Of a DNA stretch of 64,000 nt, positions 48,800-64,000 are shown in pieces. The stretch's first letter is position 1. Each line of letters begins with the position of its first letter. Source of the stretch: Balanoglossus misakiensis (lineage: Eukaryota > Animalia > Hemichordata); contig CM082590.2 in NCBI GenBank assembly GCA_040954595.2, forward strand, positions 5,518,001-5,582,000, read 5' to 3'. The notes beneath the pieces were generated by a model, which was not told the origin of the DNA, ran no database searches, and worked only from the letters and a program-made list of their open reading frames with translations. Both the position numbers and the translations under genes were made by a program.

Positions 48800-49556
48800 T
48801 AGTGGCTAGTTATACTTTGCGAAACGACGAAACCATTATTAAAATAGGGGCCAGTCATCAAGACGGTGGCGTATGATTTTTTTTAAAGTTTCCAAATTAA
48901 AACGTAAGCGAGCCAAGAAAACTACAGGTCAGATAAATTGTTTTCTCGGAAATTCAACATTAGAATTTGGCGTTGGAAACAAACGGCGGGTCGCCAGTTC
49001 CTGGTCTGCGGCCTGGTACTATGTAGTGGTAGAGTCGACGTCGTGTGCGCGCAAACGATTCATGCCAAACTGCTACATATACACAGTGAATATACGCGCG
49101 CGCACAACGAAACCACAAAAGATCGAAACCTCAAAATGCGGCAGCAACTGACACTATTTCCTTAAATACCACAAGGCGGGGAGGCATGAATTGCAATTAA
49201 GATAATAAAGAAATTTCGACAATGATACTGTGTTGTGTGAGTTACATGTGTTTCTATATATAACTACTACTCTTACCCCCCATCAGTGTTTGACCCTCGA
49301 AAGCTTACGGACACTACTGCTTTGTTTCAACTAATCCTTAGCCCTGTGAATATACTCGTACATTGACCTTTTGGGGCGGGATTCTTTTTTGGCGCGCAAC
49401 CACTAGTACCAGGCCGCAGACCAGGAACTTATTTGGAAACTTTTAAAATAATAATACGCCACCGTCTTGATGACTGGCCCCTATTTTAATAATGGTTTCG
49501 TCGTTTCGCTGTTTCGGTTCGCTGTTTCGTTGTTTCGCAAAGTATAACTAGCCCTA
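48800..49556. mobile_element. Non-autonomous TIR element with long inverted arms
   Basis: GGCTAGTTATACTTTGCGAAAC...GGGGCCAGTCATCAAGACGGTGGCGTA is mirrored at 49430-49556. A flanking CTATTAG direct repeat is present, but TSD length is ambiguous. Confidence 0.7.
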
Positions 49557-49946
49557 TTAGTCTACTTGACCACGAAAGTCTAAGGACTCAGTAGATTCTG
49601 GGGATTTTTGTACAAATTTGTGTGTTGAGAGGGCTTCCCCATTGTTGACCTTCGTACACAGATATTAGCTCAATCCCAATGATTGAAAATAGAGGTCTCC
49701 AGACATGCCGTGTTTTTTAGAGATAGTGTGTGAGTATATTAAGTCTATCTCTAAAAAAACACCATGAAAACAGTGCTACAATTACATGTATTGTCATTTT
49801 TAATACTAGTATTGAAATTTTCCCATAAGGTGTCAAACAGGGGGTGTTATTAAAACATAAAAAAAAAACAATATGTCACCGTGCTTGATTTCTTGATAGA
49901 CCTGGTATGACTCTGACATATTTTCAACTACATGTATATAGAATTA

Positions 49947-50376
49947 GGGAGCCTTCAGTAATTACAGGGGGTGGGCTTGGGGGATTCAGCGTACACCTGG
50001 ACTCTAAAAATGTGACCCTCTCCCATATCCTCCCTTCTAAAATGTGACCCTCCCCCTTGACCGACATTCTGAAACCTGGCCCTCCCCTACACACACAGGC
50101 CCATGCAATATTAAATATTAATAAATTGAAAATGTATAAATATAGACATTGCATATCATTTGCAACATTATCATTTTAATATTATTTTTCCAATTCATTT
50201 TGTTCTTTATATAAATTAATTTCCTGCTCTATATTCAGGAAATATCACAAACACAATCCAAGATCTGACTGCTTCTGGAAAAAGTAACCCTCCCCTAAAG
50301 ACAGGTTTGTAAAAAGTGACCCTTTCCCTTAATCCCCCTGGCCCACCCACCCCCTCCTACACTGAAGGCCTCCTTA
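49947..50376. mobile_element. PIF/Harbinger-like MITE; related fragments about 28300-28530, 3820-4608, 44172-44388
   Basis: AGGGAGCCTTCAGTAATTAC...ACTGAAGGCCTCC termini with TTA/TAA flanks and G/C runs. Confidence 0.5.
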
Positions 50377-52377
50377 GGAATATTATAGCATTAGGAATGC
50401 GAGAAAAGTGCTGACTCAGCATTTTCCATGATAATTCAAACCCCCCTAACTGTGAAAGTATGGCGGGAGCACCCTTATTTCTCCCTAATTTTGTATTAAA
50501 CAATAATTGATAACAATATTATATAATCAGTAAAAAAAAGATATATATTAAATTATGAGTAACTGCTATTTTGGCTTTAGGCCAGGAAGAAGAAATAAAT
50601 TGTTCATCGGAATCGCCGCTTCTACTTTGGCTGATTTGGAAGTTGTTGTTTTTTTTGGATCTTGGCAAATTCTACTTCCGCGTTACAAAATTCTTAGTAC
50701 TGCAGCTGGTGGCAAGAATATGTTGTGCAAACACCAACTGTAAATGTGATGGCCTGTGTTATTGTTGGGAAATATAGTATTGAATTCAGTTACAAGTACA
50801 TGTATCAGTGTTTTTGTCTGAGATATTTCTGGTAAAAAGGGAAACAATTATCTCGCCTTGTCTGCATCTGTGCAAATATGCATTTACCTTCAGCCTAAAA
50901 AAAATAAAAATAAAAATTTTTGCTTGCCGCTCCTGGAACTTGGTCTAAAAATCCGATGAACAAGATTTTTATTCTCTCTGGCCTTATTTGCAGATTTTCT
51001 TTTTTGGGGGGGAGGGGGTGGGGGGGGGGGGTGTGTTTCTCTCTCGCTGCCCCTTTTCCATCAATTATGTTTGATACAAGAGACACCAAGTGGATATATA
51101 GTGAATCAACGTTCGACTACGAATAACTTCCTTTCCCGTTTGTAGGATATTAGTCTAAAGAGTAAAAATCTTGCCAACATGAATAAATGGTAAACACTGA
51201 TTATTCATTTTGGCTAGTTTTTTCACTCTCGTGTCTACAAGTGGGATGGAAGTTGTATGAGGTCGAACATAGATTCACTATATATCCACATGAAGAATAA
51301 CATTACATAAACGGTGTCTTGTGTCAAACATAATTAATGGAAATGGGGCAGCGAGAGAGAGAGAGACTGTTTGTTAAAAGTAAAAAGTTTTAGAAATGTA
51401 CAATTATAGTTAATGACCACACAAGTAAAAATCTTAGACAAAATCTAATAAGAAAGTATTTAAAAGAAAAATCATTCAGACACAAAGCATTGGAATTGAT
51501 GAATTTTATTCAAAGTATTTGAAATGGACACTTTCATAAATTGTATATGAAATAAAGAATTTGAATTTTCATTCAGACATACAATGTTTGAAATGAATAA
51601 TTTCATTCAAATATTTGAAATGGACTATTTTATTAGTATTTTGAAATGACGATTCATTAAGAGAAGAATTTGAAATTCAGGCACAAAATATTTGAAATGA
51701 AGATTTTCATCGATTGATTTCATTGTAAAATATATGTGACATCAAATCATTACCAAAATAAATTGGATAATATGTCATTAAATTCAGCATTTAACCTATC
51801 AAAAACTGAAAAGCTTTGAACTAATTTCAAAACTCAAATTAAGTATACATGATAGGGAGCGTATATACACATATACGTATGGTAATTAATGTTCTATAAA
51901 AAGGGTGGCGATCATCTTATGTGCACGTGCCAAAACCAGAGACACTGGTTACAAAAACTGTATACAGTCAATACCAAAACGCAGTGTGTTGTCCTAACAA
52001 CAGACAAGATGGCGGCGACCATAGTCTGTGTCGGAGATCGGGAGAAGACAGCAAATTGGGTGAAAAGAAGGGCAAAGCTATAAAGTCTTCTTTTACGGTG
52101 TGCGTGAAATACGGAAGAAAGCAACGGCAGTCCACTTTTTGAATGCGTCGAACATTTGGATTGGACGTAATATTTGTAGACTCAAAATGACGCACATGCA
52201 CATAAGACGATCGTCCGCCTTTAAAACAAAAGAGAACACGGCAGTCGATAAAGTTAGCACAACAGTGGCAGTTACTACATTGGATCAAACAAGATCTGAT
52301 GGCAGTGATGTTTGTTTTCATTAAGCAAAAACAAACATAAACACTTTGGCAGTAGTATGGCAAAAGATATTTGTTTA

Positions 52378-52906
52378 CAGTGACACCTGTCATTACGGAC
52401 ACCTCTCTAATCAGGACAGCTCTCTATTAAAGGGACAAAGTCTCTCTCTCACTGCCTTTTTCCCCGTTAATTGTGTTTGATACAAGACACCTTGTATTAT
52501 TCTACATATTGATATAAGGTGAATCAACGTTCGACCACACACAACTTTCATCCCACTTATAGACACAAGAGTGAAAAACTCACCAAAATGAATAATTGGT
52601 GTTTTCTGTTTATTCATTTTGGCAAGATTTTTACTCTCATATGATATCCCTCAAACGGAATGGAAGTTGTTTGTCGTTGAACGTTGATTCACTATATATC
52701 CACATGTAGAAAAATATAAATGGTGTCTTGTATCAAACCTAATTAATGGTAAAAAAGGCAGCAAGAGAGAGAGAGACTTTGTCCCTTTAAGGACAGATTT
52801 TTCAAGACAAAAAAATCACAGTCTGAATAGAATATTCTATTAAGGACATCTGCTGAAGGACAGATTTTCCAGTCCCAGAGGTGTCCTTAATAGACAGGTT
52901 TCACTG
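52378..52906. mobile_element. Tigger/pogo-like MITE (TA TSD) with nested Kolobok-like MITE at 52431-52786
   Basis: TA-CAGTGACACCTGTC...GACAGGTTTCACTG-TA. Related pogo-like copies at 42753-42901 and 57709-57962. Confidence 0.8.
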
Positions 52907-54214
52907 TATTATGCTAAAATTTTGGCAGTACATGTATTTTGGTCGCACCCCGGCCATTTCTACACATAACTACATCTCGTACCCAGCCCAGTGTTCTCCC
53001 GATGTGGCAATGACTTGCCTTAAAGCCTCTAGAGCTGCCACTATTTACATTCTTTTCACAAATTTATTTACCAACTTCAATTGGTCCATCTAAATAAGCT
53101 TACTGATAGGTAACATGAAGACCTTATCGATGCCCGATTGTGACTGCATGTTGCAATTTGAACACGCTATGTATTAAAACGGTGCTGCACCGATTTAATC
53201 AGCCTCCATACAAACAGTACGCAGCTATCGTGGTGTGTGTCGCCAAGAGATGACAAACTGATGCAAATAATATGGCTTAATGGTGAGGATTTTAGAGGAT
53301 AGGGAATAGATTTTAAGTATATAATTGTGGAAAAAACATGAAATTTGGCAGCTCTAGAGGCTTTAATAAGGGAGGGGTGGAAACAAGAGAAACTCATTAC
53401 CATAATAGTTAATATTATTGTTATGCAAAATAGCTAACTTTTCATCACAATTGCTATAAATGCAAACTATTAAGTGACAGAAGTACAAAACTGTCTGGCC
53501 ACACAGTTAAAAATAACTGAATAATGTAATGATATGTATAAATTGTCAATTGTATTCTAAATATACCATCTATTAAACTAAATTATAAATGGTGATTCAA
53601 AGTCTTATAAAAATAGATGTATGTATCATTCTGTTCGATTTAAATTGAAATACAAATGTAGTTGAAATTTTACGCCTACATGTAATTAACCTTTGCCAAT
53701 GAAAATATATTTTACAAAAATATAGATTCTTGTAATGTGAAATTGTAATTTTGGTTAGGCAGTGTCCTATATTTTTTAAAATGGTATAAAAATTACTTGG
53801 CATCTTGTAAAAAGTCTCATAAAAATGAAGTACAGTGCTGTGAAAAAGGCAGACGACATCTGCTTCAAATGCTGACATCAAACATTGTAAAAGCAGTGTT
53901 CTCCCCAGGATTCTGGGAAAGCAGGGTGACTTATTTGCATAACAATATAATCATTTGTTATGTTAATTAAGTTCTATTGTCTTTTCAAACTTACATTGTA
54001 AAGTGTGATGGCCACCATGCTTTAATTGATCTGAAAACATTAAATTTCTTTGTGTTTTGAATTTCATTGTATTCGTACACGAAATTGATATTCTTCTGAC
54101 TTTGGTTATGTGAGCGGCAGCAATGTCAAAGGTCAATGTCAAAGGTCAAATTTACAAGAGGTAACAGGTTAATCCCTACGGATCCTGGTCAGTGACTTTG
54201 TGTCATATGTCATA

Positions 54215-54421
54215 CTGTGAAACATGTTATTTTTCGCAAGCGATAAATTTACGCGAAATACGCAGGAGCCAAAAAAAACACAAAAATAAAGACTCTCGTA
54301 TAGTCGTGAAAGAACAATGTGCATGATGCAGTACGAGAACGCGAAAATTAATACTCGCGGAACAGTGGCCTCTCTCGATATCGCGAAAATTTCAACTAGC
54401 AAAAAATAAAGCGTTCTACAG
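54215..54421. mobile_element. Tc1/mariner-like MITE (CTGTAAAAC family)
   Basis: TA-CTGTGAAAC...GTTCTACAG-TA with the same internal motif. Confidence 0.75.
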
Positions 54422-55004
54422 TATATATCCTCTATATATGGGGTTGTGTACACAGTATGGTACCGAGCCCCATTGCTGAAGTACGACACTTTCCGGCCAA
54501 CAGTAAATATAGAGAGTTCACTAGATCAGCATTCAAGCTTCAGGCTTCTATAAAATGGAATATTTTCGCGTCAGCAAATTTTTCGCGATACCAAACGAGG
54601 CAACTGTTACGCGAGGATTAATTTGCATGTTCTCGTACATGTATTGAAGTAACTCTGAAAACGTTCTATTTTGAGCTTATTTGTCGCATTTGTAGCAAGA
54701 TTTTGGCCACAAACCAGGATGTTCAAACAAATTGTACAATGTGTAGCAAAACCATGAAACCACAACCATTTTAATAAGTTACCTGCACTTTCAAACTGAA
54801 AAAAATTTTTTGTGAGCGTGTTTTTACTCGACTTTATATTTTAAGGGTTTTTTGGCTCTCGTGTATTTCACAAAATTTATTGCTTGCGAAAATAACCCGT
54901 TTTACATTTTTTGGGGCGTATTTGCATTAAGTTGGCCATACAGATTCCCAACCAACAGTTGATCACATGGAATTTTTACATCAACCACGGCTTACAAGAT
55001 TTAA

Positions 55005-55351
55005 AGGGACAAAGTCTCTCTCTTGCTGCCCTTTTCCCATTAATTATGTTTGATACAAGACACCGTTTATGTTATTCTACATGTGGATATATAGTGAATG
55101 AACGTTCAACCACACACAACTTCCATCCCGTTTGTGGGATATGAGAGTAAATATCTCGCCAAAATGAATAAATGGTAAACACCGATTATTCATTTTGGCG
55201 AGTTTTTCACTCTCATGTCTACAAGCTGGATGGAAGTTGTGTGTGTTTGAGCGTTGATTCACTATATATCCACATGTAGAATAACATAAACGGTGTCTTG
55301 TATCAAACATAATTAATGAAATAAGGGCAGCAAGAGAGAGACTTTGTCCCT
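55005..55351. mobile_element. Palindromic Kolobok/T2-like MITE, full length, downstream of the CDK4/6 stop codon
   Basis: TTAA-AGGGACAAAG...CTTTGTCCCT-TTAA. Confidence 0.9.
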
Positions 55352-55509
55352 TTAAGTAGGAACCAGTAAAAGTTTAGTGGCACACACTCTCCAAACAGCA
55401 ATTTTCATATTTCTCATCAAACTTCCAAATCAGATTACATTAAAAACACACTCATTGTGATTAGGCCTCCTTCACTTGTAGAGGTCCGTGAAAAAACTGC
55501 GACTGGCAG

Positions 55510-61913
<6,404 letters not shown>

Positions 61914-62334
61914 CTAAACAGACAATTAGATAAAATAGAAGTTTTTTCAAGGGACAAAGTCTCTCTCTTGCTGCCCTTTTTCCATTAATTATATTTGATA
62001 CAAGACACTGTTTATGGTAATGTACATGTGTATATGTAGGGAATGAAAGTTCAACCACGCACAACTTCCATCCCACTTATATTATATATGAGAGTAAAAA
62101 CTCGCCCAAATTGAATTAATGGTAGAGACTGATTATTCATTTTGGTGATTTTTTTTCACTCTATTATCTGCAAGTGGGATGGAAGTTGTGTGTGGTTGAA
62201 CCTTGATTCACAATACATGTATATCTACATGTACATTAAGGTTATTGTGAAGGCAGGGCTAATTTGTGACCCATCCTTAATTACACATATGTATATCCTT
62301 TGTCCAATCATTGGAAATAAACAAAGTCTCTGAT

Positions 62335-64000
62335 TGACTTCAGAGGGACACTAGTTACATCACAATTCCCAGCAAGGGGTATGGGGTTTTATTGGACCAG
62401 TGGCATGGTTATAGCTAGACGTAGTTTTGGAAGCAAAGCGGACAAAATACGGCTAGATACTAGACTAGCCTATCATCCACACCCAATCACCATTGTTCAG
62501 TTTATGTGAGTGACTTCAAGGGGACGCTAGTAACATCACAATTCCCAGCGAGGGGTATGGGGTTTTATTGGGCCAGTGGCTTTGAGTGAGGCTAGACGTT
62601 AGTTTTGGAAGCAAAGCGGACAAAATACGGCTAGATACTAGACTAGCCTATCATCCACACCCAATCACCATTGCACAGTTTATGTGAGTGACTTCAAGGG
62701 GACGCTAGTTACATCACAACTCCCAGCAAGGGGTATGGGGTTTTATTGGGCCAGTGGCATGGTTGAAGCTAGACGTTAGTTTTGGAAGCAAAGCGGACAA
62801 AATACGGCTAGATACTAGACTAGCCTATCATCCACACCCATTTACCATTGTTCAGTTTATGTGAGTGACTTCAAGGGGACGCTAGTAACATCACAATTCC
62901 CAGCAAGGGGTATGGGGTTTTATTGGGCCAGTGGCATGGTTGAAGCTAGACGTAGTTTTGGAAGCAAAGCGGACAAAATATGGCTAGATACTAGACTAGC
63001 CTATCATCCACACCCAATCACCATTGTTCAGTTTATGTGAGTGACTTCAAGGGGACGCTAGTAACATCACAATTCCCAGCAAAGGGTATGGGGTTTTATT
63101 GGGCCAGTGGCATGGTTGAAGCTAGACGTTAGTTTTGGAAGCAAAGCGGACAAAATACGGCTAGATACTAGACTAGCCTATCATCCACACCCAATCACCA
63201 TTGCACAGTTTATGTGAGTGACTTCAAGGGGACGCTAGTTACATCACAATTCCCAGCAAAGGGTATGGGGTTTTATTGGGCCAGTGGCATGGTTGAAGCT
63301 AGACGTTAGTTTTGGAAGCAAAGCGGACAAAATACGGCTGGATACTAGACTAGCCTATCATCCACACCCAATCACCATTGCACAGTTTATGTGAGTGACT
63401 TCAAGGGGACGCTAGTTACATCACAATTCCCAGCAAAGGGTATGGGGTTTTATTGGGCCAGTGGCATGGTTGAAGCTAGACGTTAGTTTTGGAAGCAAAG
63501 CGGACAAAATACGGCTAGATACTAGACTAGCCTATCATCCACACCCAATCACCATTGTTCAGTTTATGTGAGTGACTTCAAGGGGACGCTAGTTACATCA
63601 CAATTCCCAGCAAGGAGTATGGGGTTTTATTGGGCCAGTGGCATGGTTGAAGCTAGACGTTAGTTTTGGAAGCAAAGCGGACAAAATACGGCTAGATACT
63701 AGACTAGCCTATCATCCACACCCAATCACCATTGTTCAGTTTATGTGAGTGACTTCAAGGGGACGCTAGTAACATCACAATTCCCAGCAAGGGGTATGGG
63801 GTTTTATTGGGCCAGTGGCATGGTTGAAGCTAGACGTAGTTTTGGAAGCAAAGCGGACAAAATATGGCTAGATACTAGACTAGCCTATCATCCACACCCA
63901 ATCACCATTGTTCAGTTTATGTGAGTGACTTCAAGGGGACGCTAGTAACATCACAATTCCCAGCAAAGGGTATGGGGTTTTATTGGGCCAGTGGCATGGT
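62335..64000. repeat. 180-181-bp satellite, more than 9 copies, running off the window end (CDK4/6 intron)
   Basis: Unit GACTTCAAGGGGACGCTAG...GTTTATGTGAGT is repeated almost identically. Confidence 0.95.

Overview
AT-rich eukaryotic (animal) genomic DNA with spliceosomal introns, probably a marine invertebrate deuterostome such as an acorn worm (inference). I reconstructed three minus-strand genes by hand from GT-AG sites and reading frame. (1) 8297-27077: a 19-exon, about 1123-aa Ankyrin-Roc-COR-Death ROCO protein, DAPK1-like but with no kinase domain. Its 11 ankyrin repeats are each one phase-0 exon, recently tandem-duplicated, recombined and diversified at predicted binding-surface codons. 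(2) 36136-47673: a 394-aa hnRNP A/B protein with a 3'-UTR intron and downstream UAGA-rich clusters suggesting autoregulation. (3) 55510-61913: the 3' six exons of CDK4/6. The rest is dense with DNA-transposon debris: Kolobok/T2-like, Tc1/mariner-like, piggyBac-like, Academ-like and hAT MITEs with 5-6 bp TSDs, and a decayed ZNF862-like hAT transposase. There are also three satellites, one born inside a MITE, and several microsatellites. The best candidate for a novel system is the exon-shuffling, DARPin-like ANK-ROCO-Death putative immune receptor.
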